DNA of 42,037 nucleotides, from NCBI RefSeq assembly GCF_001194135.2, contig NC_068995.1:24668980-24711016 (forward strand). The letters run 5' to 3'. Origin of the DNA: Octopus bimaculoides. Lineage: Eukaryota. Below the pieces are notes generated by a model. The model did not search any database. It saw only the letters and a list, made by a program, of their open reading frames with translations, and was not told the DNA's origin. A program made the position numbers and the translations under genes. Positions 25,250 to 36,275 of the stretch are shown here, one piece after another (the first letter of the stretch is position 1; each line of letters opens with the position of its first letter).

Positions 25250-26019
25250 TTAACAATGTGTCAATACAGGAATCGCTATTTGATTGCTTGACCTACTAGA
25301 AATAACAGACAAATTTCCTGAAAGCACACCCGAATGTTTTAAGATAGGAAGGGTATGTTAGACAATGTAGTTTCTAGTAATACAAAATGACAGTATGGAC
25401 AAGGTTGGAATGATTTTGATCGTCCATGTCTGATTGATCAGAGATGACCTGCACTTCAATTATGACCTTATTAACATATATTACAACAGAAACAAATTCT
25501 ATTCTGTGGTTGCTGGTTTATGCTTTGAAGTTTCACAGAATGTTGGTGGAAAATTGATTTCCTGGCAAAGAAGTCAAAATTGTAATATCCAGAACAATAA
25601 GTAGAGGCTTCAAATGTAACAAACACCTCAAGACAAATTAGTATAGGATGGCCATGTTAGGGTAACAAACAATTATTCTATATCCAGAAAATAAATCTAT
25701 AAACAAGACCTGAAAGCAAGGTGCTCTTCATCCTTTGTAGGCAGCAGAATCACTATAAATTTGATGAATGATACAGTAGTACTAGAATGAATTTAACAAA
25801 AGTAAAGTTTGATGTTTTTATAAAGAACTGATTTAATCAGACAATGTGGAAAGTAGTTTTACAGGAGTGAAACAGTAAGAATACTAACAATAGTTACACT
25901 GGCAGCAAGAACAAAAGAAAGCAAACAGAACAGCAGCAGCAACAATAACAACCACAATGAATCAATAGGGGAGCCTCTACATGGTTACTATCTGCCAGAA
26001 ATAGCAGCCAAATTTGTCT

Positions 26020-26251
26020 CAGCTTCTTTATCTTTTACTTTTTTCAGTTATGAGACTGCAGCCATGCTGGAGTGCCACTTTGAATTTTTAGTCAAGTGAA
26101 TTGACCTCAGTTCTTATTTTTCCTTTGCTTTTAAGCCTAGTACTTATTATATTGGACTCTTTTGCTGAACCGCTAAGTTACAGGGACATAAACACACTAA
26201 CACCGGTTGTCAAATGGTGGTGGGGGACAAACGCAGACACAAAGACATACA

Positions 26252-26307
<56 letters not shown>

Positions 26308-26445
26308 CATACATACATACATATACACACACACACATGCAGTGGGTGTCTTTCAGTTTTCGTCTACTAGATCCACTCACAAGGCTTTGGTGGGCCCGTG
26401 GCTAGAGTAGAAGACACTTGCTCAAGGTGCCATGCAGTGGGTCAC
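26020..26445 (-). mobile_element. SINE family A with expanded internal (AT)n/(CATA)n, partly CpG-decayed
   Basis: Colinear with the other family A copies. Confidence 0.92.
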
Positions 26446-26697
26446 TATCTTTAAATATACAATACATTGATTAATTTGGCAAATGTAGTCCTACATAAAC
26501 CTAAAACAGATGAGATGGTTGTGATCAGAGTGGCTTTGATTGCAGGGCTGATCTAGAGTGACACAACAATAGTAACAGATAACAATAGCAACACAACTGG
26601 TTTCTGAGACAGGTATGGAGTTATGAGATGGAAGGGAGGTGAGTTGTTGTGATGTGTTACAAACCACCACCATGTAGGTGGGAATTCAGAACACTAA

Positions 26698-26955
26698 TTA
26701 CTACTACTACTACTACTACCACCACCACCACCACCACCAACGTTTCTATTGTTCTTATTACAGAAATTACATCTGCATTACTGATTTGCTTCTTACTACC
26801 ACCAAAACTATTTCCAGTACCACAGCAGACTATACCACCAGTAGAACAACTACTAACTCTAGTGCTACTACTTCTACTATCATCACAACTATTTCTCTTA
26901 CCACTACCTCCAATAGTATTATACTATTATTACCACTACTACTACTACCAGCAGC
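26698..26955. repeat. Degenerate (ACT)n/(ACC)n low-complexity tract
   Basis: Seen directly. Confidence 0.9.
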
Positions 26956-27174
26956 TCTATTTATGAACATGACCTTTGATCTAATGAAAAAATTATTGAT
27001 TTCTCATGTGATCACATCTGAAATTTGTAAGAATGGTGGTAGAAATGTGTCTGAAGCTTGTACCATTCCCAAGAGTATTAAAATGGTATGAAATTACTAA
27101 AACTTTGAATAGAAACTTGGTCAGGGTTTGATTCATTGTTAGCTTGTATTTAAGACTTGAAATCCTTTACAAAA

Positions 27175-27816
27175 CTCATTTGAAATCCATACTGGAGAAG
27201 GCTCCCACATCTAGAATGGTGACAGTGCTACCTCATGGCAGGAGCACACTGGGCCTGGAGGCTTATGGACCTAGGGATCCAATTATGATCTATGTACTCT
27301 GTTGCTGGCAGTCAATAAATAAATACTACAGGGTCCAGTGCACTGATTTGCCAGTGGGTTCATGATGCCGCTAAGACAGGATGGTGTTGCTGTATACAAT
27401 CTTATACTACATTGAAAAAAAAAAAAAAAGATTTCACCTGATTGATTATCATCTGTGCTCAGGTTCATGCAAATGCTGTCTCCTACTTGTGCCCTCTGAC
27501 AGGTTTATGAGCCTGTGACAGTGGAGACCTCTGGTGTTTTCAGCCCCCTGACTATATCCCTGCTCCCCACTATTGGGATGAAGAAAGCTATGAGTCAGAG
27601 TGGCTGTTCCAGCTCAGCTCCCTCATCATTCTCTGGGGTAATACCTTTTCCATTTTGTCCATTGAGACCATGAAGTGGTCTGAATTACACGAAATCATAC
27701 ATTCTACTCTCATTTGAGATCCACACTGCAGAAGGCTCCCACATCTAGAATGGTGACTGCCATCTCAAGGCAGGAGTACACTGGGCATGAGGTCCTTATG
27801 GGCCTAGGGATCCAAT
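27175..27816 (+). mobile_element. CRE-like (RLE) non-LTR 3' relic between two approximately 109-bp direct repeats (27175-27283 and 27709-27816)
   Basis: YEPVTVETSGVFSPLTISLLPTIG and, after a frameshift, ESEWLFQLSSLIILWGNTFSIL resemble the CRE-clade terminus FxPxAxETxGxxG..LxxIG..ExxWLxQRLSxAxxRGNAxSIL. The direct repeats are seen directly. Confidence 0.65.
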
Positions 27817-28256
27817 ATAAAATACTGGATTTATAATATCACTAACATAGCTTCTCCTCTCAGCTGGCAATCTTGTACACCTGCCACTTAGGCATTCCTG
27901 ACTCACTCAACTCTTTGTCTCTCAACAACAATATTATGTCTATCAACCCCAAGCACCATATTAAGCAGTTTCTCCAGTCCTTCCTTCACATAACATCAAT
28001 CTTCTGAAATTCCTTCCTCATCCATTTTCCCTGTAGCCATCAACTTGTAAAAGTCCATCCAACTCTAAAACATTAGCAATTATGCAAAATTGCTCACACT
28101 GGTTGCAATAAGGTATATCAGAATTTCACGTTTTACTTTATAGCACTGGTTTTCAGAAAGGCATTTTTTGTTGAAGCCCAAAGCTTCTTAACCCCTTGCA
28201 GACAGATTTAGTACTAACAAACTATGCAGTGTACCGGTATTAGTCTGTTCAGTAAC

Positions 28257-28550
28257 TATTGAGCAGACAAGAAAGTAATTTTGGTTTTTTAGTGTGAAAT
28301 AAAAGTCATTTTTTTCATATAAAGAATGAATTTTCATCAATTATATATTTTCCATTTTGTTCGATGACATTTTACCATCTATCTGGTAACTTCATGATTC
28401 CACGCTCATAGAACTTCTGGTCCTTATCAGCCAAAAACTGAAGCAAGCGCAATTTCAGGTCATTATCATTATTAAAAGTTTTATCATTCAAAAAATTTTG
28501 CAAACTTCAAGATAAATGGTAATCTGATGATGCAAGGTCAGGAGTTTCTT
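28257..28550 (-). mobile_element. mariner (DD34D) transposase C-terminal relic with one TIR
   Basis: PDLASSDYHLS*SLQNFLNDKTFNNDNDLKLRLLQFLADKDQKFYERGIMKLPDRW*NVIEQNGKYIID matches mariner SPDLAPSDYHLF..LPERWQKVIEQNGxYI; TIR-like tattgagcagacaagaaagtaattttggtttttt at 28257. Confidence 0.92.
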
Positions 28551-28658
28551 GCATGTGGTACCATGTGACAACTATGATCACTTGAGGAATGCATCTGGTA
28601 GTCAGTTCCTCTAAATAGGTAGAGATCCTCTCTATATTAACAAAGTATGCGTGAACCC

Positions 28659-28692
<34 letters not shown>

Positions 28693-29099
28693 CAAAAAAG
28701 GGGGTTGTATTTCCAGGCAGGAAAAAAATATAGGCAAATTTGTAGTTGAAAATGCACTTAAATTTGAAAAACTTGTAACTGTTTAAAGCAAATTTATTTA
28801 CATATATACCTAACTAGTTTCAATGATATTTTTTGTTTATCAATGGTAAAAATTTAGAATTATGAATTAAAAAAAAACATCTTTAAAAGTTTCAATGCTG
28901 ACAAGTTTAAATGTTCATAACAGTCAATAATATCTTAAATTGTGCATCAATTTGTTTGATTGTACAAAGCTCATTAGTGTTAGTAGTGATCGACAAGAAA
29001 TGAATATCATCAAAGTTTCAGTCATACTGAGTTAAGAGGGAAAAAACAAGGGAGAAGTGAAGATAGTAAAAAAAGGGATTTGGTTTACAATTTCTCTGA

Positions 29100-30080
29100 T
29101 CCTGTTTCCTTCGAGTGAAGGAACTTTCGCTTGTAACAATGATATTACAGTTTTTGAAAAATCGGATCTGGTGTATGAAAGTGAAAAGATCCGTAAAACG
29201 TTCTACTTAGAATTTGCACCACGACGCCAGTATGACCGCTTCGGATATAACACTAATATCGAAAGAAGGCAGTGAGCTGGCAGAATCGTTAGCACGCCGA
29301 GCGAAATGCTTAGTGGTATTTCGTCTGTCTTTACGTTCTGAGTTCAAATTCCGCCGAGGTCGACTTTGCCTTTCATCCTTTCGGGGTCGATAAAAAAAAT
29401 ACCAGTTGTGTACTGGAGGCGATCTAATCGACTGGCACCTCCCCACAAAATTTCGGGCCTTGTGCCTAGAGTAGAAAAGAATATAACACTAATATCGAGA
29501 GGTGGATTAATTAACCATTAAACAAAATATGATCATGCTCAGGGAAGAAGAAAAAACAGGATTTATTTTTGAACCAGATTCACATTGTTGCGAATTGTAA
29601 CATATCTTAAAAGTAAAATATTTATAGGAGAAACGTTAAATGTTTATATTTTTCTACATACATGTCCTAGCTCGTTATATATAAAAATAGATTATGTTGC
29701 TTAGCGTTCTTGAGTTTAAAATGAACTTTTAAAAAAGGAAGAAAACTGAATTTATAATCTCTTATTTTTCATTCATCACTTGTAGTTAGATGATGAAAGG
29801 GTGGAGTGGACACCATTGTTGGGATGTGCCTGGGGCATCAGTTGGCCTTAATCCGTCCTGAATCCATATTACATCATCATATTACAATGAATTTTTTAAA
29901 ATCTGGGGCAAGCAAATATATAATAGCGAATGAGTACTGTTTAATAAGTTCAGGGGGTGTGAAATGTAAACATCAACTTCCGACGCGAATATAAATACAT
30001 CGCCTGGTTATTTACATCGGTAACAGTTAACATTCATCGTCGTATATTTTTATCGGCAGAGTAAATTCGTCGCATTTCAT
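29100..30080. promoter_or_regulatory. Candidate promoter / unmethylated CpG-rich zone at the edge of the CpG-depleted domain
   Basis: By eye, 10 CpG in unique DNA at 29101-29262 and 10 CpG at 29941-30080, versus 0 in 17101-18240. ACTTCCG (Ets-like) and TATAAAT occur near 29976-29996. Function is inferred. Confidence 0.4.
29263..29480 (+). mobile_element. SINE family B, intact, with 18-bp TSD
   Basis: A box tggcagaatcgttag and B box gagttcaaattcc; atataacactaatatcga at 29245-29262 and 29481-29498. Confidence 0.97.
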
Positions 30081-30284
30081 TAACACACACACGCATACAC
30101 ACGCATACACATATGCAAACACACACACTTCACCTCGTGGATATTGTCAGCATTACTTTCGCTTATACTTTTAGGTGTCCAGACACAGTCACCTTCTCGA
30201 CCTTCCCACCTCTGATTCAGGAGAATATCCAGGGTGAAAAAGAGTGGGAGGGAGAGAGAGAGAGAGAGAGCAAAATAAAGTGGC

Positions 30285-30542
30285 ATTTTATCAATCTCGA
30301 AAGAATGAAATAACTCTTACGACTCTGCCAGCTCGCAATCCTTTCAACTTTAGGCATAAGGCATAACTTTTGGGGGGAGGGGATAGTCGATTTCATCAAC
30401 CCCAGGGCTCATCTAGGAACCCTGGGGTTTCGTGGACCTCGAAAGGATGAACGGCAAAGTTGGCTTCTGTAGAGTTTGAACTTAAAAAGTGAAGTCGGAC
30501 GAATTGCTGCTAAACATTTTGTCTGCCAGCTCGCCGCCTTAA
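30285..30542 (-). mobile_element. Two degraded SINE family B pieces
   Basis: gactctgccagctcgc; ctttaggcataagg...gaaaggatgaacggcaaagt...ctgccagctcgccgcctt. Confidence 0.8.
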
Positions 30543-31074
30543 TACGTAATCGACTATCACAATTTCTAATCGACTAAGAGAGTACTGGGTGCGTGAACTA
30601 AATTCAAAATTCCACACACACATATATATATACACGCGCGCGCACACAGACACACACACACACATAAGGATAAGCATATTAAAAGGGGTCCGTGGGAAAA
30701 CTCATTTAAATAAAAGGAGTCCTTGATAGAGAAAAGGTTGGGAACTTCTGGTTTAGACTGAGGGCTGACAAAGCTAATCTATGATCACGACAGTCTCCTT
30801 TTTTCTTCATACACACTGTATTTTTTTCTTTATTTGAGAAATCTTTCGCTAATATTTCTAGCAGGTGCAGCGACCACGTGGAGTGCCAGTAGTTGTAGTG
30901 ATGGCAATTTCTTACTAAAGCAGAAAGTCCATCGATATCATTGCATCAATTGCAATTGATTAATGAAGCACATTTATAAACAGAACCAATAATGAGTTAG
31001 AAGTGCGGTTTTAGAAATGGCGTAACAAGAGACAGACAGATACAGAGATAGAGAAAGAGAGAACGAAAGATATT

Positions 31075-31505
31075 CTTTTATTCTTTTACTTGTTTCAGTC
31101 ATTTGACTGCGGCCATGCTGGAGCACCGCCTTTAGTCGAACAAATCGACCCCAGGACTTATTCTTTGTAAGCTTAGTACTTATTCTGTCGGTGTCTTTTG
31201 CCGAACTGCTAAGTTACGGGGGCGTAAACATATCAACATTGTCTCAAATCCGTACCAAATAGCATACACAAAGCTTTGACAAATGGCAAGGCTAATTTGT
31301 CTAGGATAGCACAGACACACATATACACATGCACAAGCACACACACGCACATACACACACACATACATACGAGGGGCTTCTTTCAGTTTCCGTCTACCAA
31401 ATCCACTCACAAGGCTATAGTAGAAGACACTTGCTCAAGGTGCCACGCAGTGGGACTGAACTCAGAACCGTGTGGTTGGGAAGCAAGCTTCTTACCACGC
31501 AGCCT
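31075..31505 (-). mobile_element. SINE family A, full length, CpG-retaining
   Basis: tcttttacttgtttcagtcatttgactgcggccatgctggagcaccgcc...cttaccacgcagcc. Confidence 0.96.
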
Positions 31506-31532
31506 AAAGATATATATATATATATATATATA

Positions 31533-32157
31533 NNNNNNNNNNNNNNNNNNNNNNNNNNNNNNNNNNNNNNNNNNNNNNNNNNNNNNNNNNNNNNNNNNNN
31601 NNNNNNNNNNNNNNNNNNNNNNNNNNNNNNNNNNNNNNNNNNNNNNNNNNNNNNNNNNNNNNNNNNNNNNNNNNNNNNNNNNNNNNNNNNNNNNNNNNNN
31701 NNNNNNNNNNNNNNNNNNNNNNNNNNNNNNNNNNNNNNNNNNNNNNNNNNNNNNNNNNNNNNNNNNNNNNNNNNNNNNNNNNNNNNNNNNNNNNNNNNNN
31801 NNNNNNNNNNNNNNNNNNNNNNNNNNNNNNNNNNNNNNNNNNNNNNNNNNNNNNNNNNNNNNNNNNNNNNNNNNNNNNNNNNNNNNNNNNNNNNNNNNNN
31901 NNNNNNNNNNNNNNNNNNNNNNNNNNNNNNNNNNNNNNNNNNNNNNNNNNNNNNNNNNNNNNNNNNNNNNNNNNNNNNNNNNNNNNNNNNNNNNNNNNNN
32001 NNNNNNNNNNNNNNNNNNNNNNNNNNNNNNNNNNNNNNNNNNNNNNNNNNNNNNNNNNNNNNNNNNNNNNNNNNNNNNNNNNNNNNNNNNNNNNNNNNNN
32101 NNNNNNNNNNNNNNNNNNNNNNNNNNNNNNNNNNNNNNNNNNNNNNNNNNNNNNNNN
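31533..32157. other. Assembly gap
   Basis: N run. Confidence 1.
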
Positions 32158-32164
32158 AATAATG

Positions 32165-32213
<49 letters not shown>

Positions 32214-32217
32214 TAAT

Positions 32218-32761
32218 GCCCTGATGCAGTACCAGGCAATGGCTTTCATGGTTTCTGACCTTAACTGATTGGAAGTGTTATATATATTATTTTGTCTTGG
32301 TATAAAAGATGGGCTACAGTAAATATTCTGCTTAATACCACAGATTTGCTTGTCAGTTGTTTGACCGTAACCAGTTGAGCATGTCCCTTAGTGCATCTCT
32401 GATCACTAGCAGTAGTGGTGGAGCATCATAGCCATGTGTTGAGAGGAATTCTTTGGGGTTTGGATAATTCACCTCATAGGATAATTCACCTCATAGGTGT
32501 TTCGTTCAACATCCTTAAACAACCCTTATTCAGGGATATTTTGAGCGGGATGGGCTACTCAACCTGAAGAACATTCTAACTGGGCTCCACCTGCAAGGTC
32601 GTGCTCTGTTTATCTTGTTATAAAATTATCATGTCGCGTACATATGGTTGTAATGCATGTGCCTTGTGTACTCACATCAGACGGGTAGTCATGATGAGTA
32701 TACTGGGCTTTGTATATTTTACCCCAATGTCACTTTGATGGCATACATTGCTCTCTCACTC
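32218..32761. mobile_element. Approximately 544-bp non-coding interspersed element bounded on both sides by (AAT)n
   Basis: (AAT)n at 32158-32217 and 32762-32875; second partial copy at 2860-3060; internal 17-bp tandem duplication at 32462-32495. Confidence 0.75.
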
Positions 32762-32816
32762 AATAATGATAATAATAATAATGATAATAATAATGATGAT
32801 GATGATGATGATGATG

Positions 32817-32873
<57 letters not shown>

Positions 32874-32877
32874 TCCA

Positions 32878-34650
32878 TCTTCCCTCTGACAACAGCTGCT
32901 CTACAAAAACCTCCACAAATCAGCAAATCTCTGACATCCATAGTTCGTGTAAAAGGTTTTTGTGACTTTGCAAACATCTTGGTCAGGTTCGGCTGATGGC
33001 TCTTCTGTGCCTGTTGATTTTACCACAAACCAGTAGCATTCCCTACCACGCAGCACTGCCGGACAAGGGATTTCTGGAAATTACCCAAACTTCCTAAACT
33101 GAAAATTCTGCGGCTAGTTAACTCTGGTCGACGCCTAAAACTTCTCCAAGAACGTTGGCGCTGTTTCCCATTACCTATTTCCAATAGAACGCAACTATGA
33201 AGTTCCACAATGAAGTTCCATTTCCTGATAAAAGAGGGGTGTGAGCGCCTGTTAACATTCAAGCATAGACCAAGCGCCCAATCTTGGTCCTTGTTTGATC
33301 CAGGTCTATAGTTCCGGCAAAGACAAAAGAGCTGTGGGAAGTTGTGCGCGACAAAAGGAATCGCATTTGCTTCCTATCTGGCAATATTTGTAGATGCTGC
33401 AGTCTGAGCGTATATCTGCATTATCAGCTACGGCATAGCAAGCCTTCTATGCAGAGGGTCTTCACAGCAGATGGACACCCCAGACTAGTGGAACGCATTC
33501 CTTTTACAAGAAGCGAAAGTGAAGATACTCCCCGACAAGCGAAAACTGGAGCAAGGTACGATGGCCAGATGGTAATATATATTTATGATAAGGCGGCGAG
33601 CTGGCAGAATCGTTAGTACCCTGGCAAAATGCTTAGTGGCATTTCTTCCGTCTTCACGTTCTGAGTTCAAATTCCGCCGAGATCGACTTTGCTTTCATCC
33701 TTTCGAGGTCGATAAAATAAGTACCAGTCGAACACTGAGGGTCGATCAAATCGACTTTCCCCCTCCCCTGAAATTTCTGGCCTTGTGCCAAAATTTGAAA
33801 CCAATGTATATTTATGACGAAGGTAATATATGCATTTACCATCTCGGCCCGACCTTACAGGGATTGCTTCCTTTCAGTCCATTTCTAGATAAGACTGACT
33901 ACTCTTTCATAAACTTGGCCAAGTTCTTATTCACCAGGTCTGGCACGAACGAGACGAAGTGTCCAAATCTGACTTTCGGTCCAGCGACCGTCCGGCAAAT
34001 CAGAACTTGCATCTTCAGATGCTGAGTTTCAAACCCATTGATTTGTCCTGCAGGAGATGTGTTCTTTGTACTGCCTGATATTACTTCAGATGATGCCGAT
34101 CCTCTCAAGTTCTGTAGTGTCCAACATTACGGTAATGTTATCTGCGTTTGTCGACACGGCCTTCCTTCCTGCATCCTAGTTCGAGTAAATACCTCTAAAC
34201 TCACCCAGCTTCTGCAGCAGAATATATAGGTGTGAAGAAAGGAAGCGCCTTTGATGGCTCGGGTGTGAGATTCGAAAAGGTTCTGCTTGGTGAAAACGGA
34301 ACCAACATTAGTTGCATTGGAGACCACCACAACGTAGCGATGTCCGACCCATAAAGATTGATACAAATCAATCAGATCCCTCTCGAAGCTAGACATTTTA
34401 ACCCGTCCTCTCTGCGATATATTGCATGAGGCGGAGATTGTTGTTTACAGGCATGCAGAGTATAACACGCCAGTCTCTTCGCCAGTACCTTGCCAAAATC
34501 TTAAACTCAGCAAAGTTATTTTCCTGAAATATCGATGATATATTCCTTGTTCTTCATATTCCTCAACAGCATCGTCACACCACAACTCACAGAAATAAGA
34601 ATTCTCCTGATAATTTCTGATATAGCACAAACACCGGAAGAAAGTACAGT
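32878..34650 (-). mobile_element. L1/Tx1-clade LINE ORF2 relic (RT domain to C-terminus), 5'-truncated, frameshifted, interrupted by a SINE
   Basis: FRKITLLS.. (RT start FRPITLLN), LIDLYQS..GHRYVVVVSNATNVGSVF (LINLDQxKAFDRVxHxYL), GRAEMVNAYITFVI..YYHLAIVPC (LSLxGRAxVxN..IxSxxxYxxxVxP). Confidence 0.85.
33589..33806 (+). mobile_element. SINE family B (tttgaaaccaat tail) nested in the LINE, 11-bp TSD
   Basis: tatatttatga at 33578-33588 and 33807-33817. Confidence 0.95.
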
Positions 34651-34754
34651 CGATTGTATCGACCCATTACAAGATTGTTACACTGGCTCTAACCATCCAA
34701 CACCCTCTACTATTATAAATGTTAATTATCATTAATATCGATAACAATGAGAAT

Positions 34755-35210
34755 ATGGCGAGCTGGTAGAATCGTTATGCTTAGCGGTATTTCATCTGTT
34801 TTCATGTTCTGAGATCAAAAGCCACCGGGGTCGACTTTATCTGTCATCTTTTCGGGGGTCGATAAATTAAGTACCAGTTACGCACTGGGGTCGATGTAAT
34901 TGTTTGGTTCCCTCCCCACAAATTTCAGGCCTTGTGCCTATAGTAGAAAAGCTTATTAATGTTAATTATCATTAATATCGATAACAACGAGTACGTGGCA
35001 AGCTCGCAGAAACTTTAGTACGCCGGGCGAAATGCTTAGCGGCATTTCGTTCGTCTTTACGTTCTGAGTTCAAATTTTGCCGTGGCCGACTTTGCCTTTC
35101 ATCTTTTCGGGGTCGATAAAATAAATACCAGTTGAACACTGGAGTTAGTGTGATCGATTTTCCTCCTTACCCCGAAACTGCTGGACTTGTGCCAAAATTT
35201 GAAACCAATA
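34755..35210 (+). mobile_element. Two tandem SINE family B copies (34755-34950 and 34995-35210)
   Basis: Both carry a head, gtcgataaa core and tail; each is preceded by the same 30-bp aatgttaattatcattaatatcgataacaa. Confidence 0.92.
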
Positions 35211-35306
35211 TTAATCACAAAGAGCCAGAGAAATCGCTCTAAGAGTAGTACGCGATTCGAATGCTTTTGGTTACAGGTCTGGTCATTTAGAGCAAGCGTT
35301 GGGCCA

Positions 35307-35362
35307 AACAACAACAACAACAACTACTACTACTACTACTACTACTACCAGTAATAGTAGTA
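35307..35362. repeat. (AAC)n(ACT)n microsatellite; a similar tract lies at 35783-35824
   Basis: Seen directly. Confidence 0.95.
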
Positions 35363-35889
35363 GTCCAACGCTGTAAAAGAAAGATGCATTTGGTCGTCTG
35401 TATGCCGAACCAGTGACAACCTGAGCCCAACTATAACAACGACAAAGTGTAGACGAAAAGCATTCGCACATCAGGATCGCATCCAGGTTAAGACTGTTGG
35501 TAGAGGTGGAGTGTAATTTGGAAATAAGGGAAAACTCACAAAAATCGAGGTAAATAGGTTGTCATGTGTATTATAATAACGAAAAAAAAACTTTGTTTTG
35601 AAATTTATCCGGAGGGAGAGGCACCGTCTTTGCTCTGGGCTGCATCCGTCACACAAACACACACACACAAGCGCGCATGTATGTATGTATGTATGTATGT
35701 ATGTATTTACGTATGTATGTATGTATGCGCTCCCGCGTGTATACCACATTTAAAGAATAAGGTTGCCGTTGCCAACCATATTGGCAACAACAACAACTAC
35801 TACTACTACTACTACTACTACTACCTTCAGACACTGCCAACAAGTGGGCATCAGACCAAGAAAGTTTTACGTTAAGAAATTATGACAGT

Positions 35890-36275
35890 ATTATCTTTTA
35901 CTTGTTTCGGTCACTGGACTGCGACCGTGCAGAGGCACAAGCTTGAAGAGTTCAGTTGAATAAAGCAAGCCTTGTCCCTATATTTTAAGTCTGGTACTTA
36001 CTTTATTGGTCACTGTTGCCGAACGGGGACGTAAACAAACCAGTACCTTTTGTCAGGCGGTGGTGGGGATCAACATGAACACACACACAAACACACGTAT
36101 ATATATACACACACGACGGGTTTCCGCATAATTTCCGTCTACTAAATTCACTCACAAGGCATTGTTCGGCCCAAGGATGTAGTACAAGACGCTTGTTCAA
36201 TGTGTCACGCAGTGGGATTGAACCCGAAACCGCGTGGTTGCAAGGCGCGCTCCTTAACTACACAATCATGCCCCC
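35890..36275 (-). mobile_element. SINE family A, diverged, CpG-retaining
   Basis: tctttttacttgtttcggtcactggactgcgaccgtgc...gggattgaacccgaaaccgcgtggttgcaaggcgcgctccttaac. Confidence 0.9.

Noticed and set aside
29057-29275. 72-aa plus-strand ORF with a signal-peptide-like start
   Set aside because: It starts at GTG, runs into a SINE TSD, and shows no recognisable homology.
29263-29355. tRNA gene (likewise the other A/B-box-bearing heads)
   Set aside because: The heads continue into SINE bodies and tails with TSDs, and no complete cloverleaf is evident.
30174-30232. Possible small exon on either strand
   Set aside because: Splice-like signals exist on both strands but no peptide is recognisable.
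30415-30755. hAT/Charlie-like MITE pieces (ggaaccctggggtttcg; aaaaggttgggaacttctg)
   Set aside because: No paired TIRs or 8-bp TSD could be found.
35766-35786. gttgccaa-ccata-ttggcaac hairpin
   Set aside because: An 8-bp stem is expected by chance in 42 kb.
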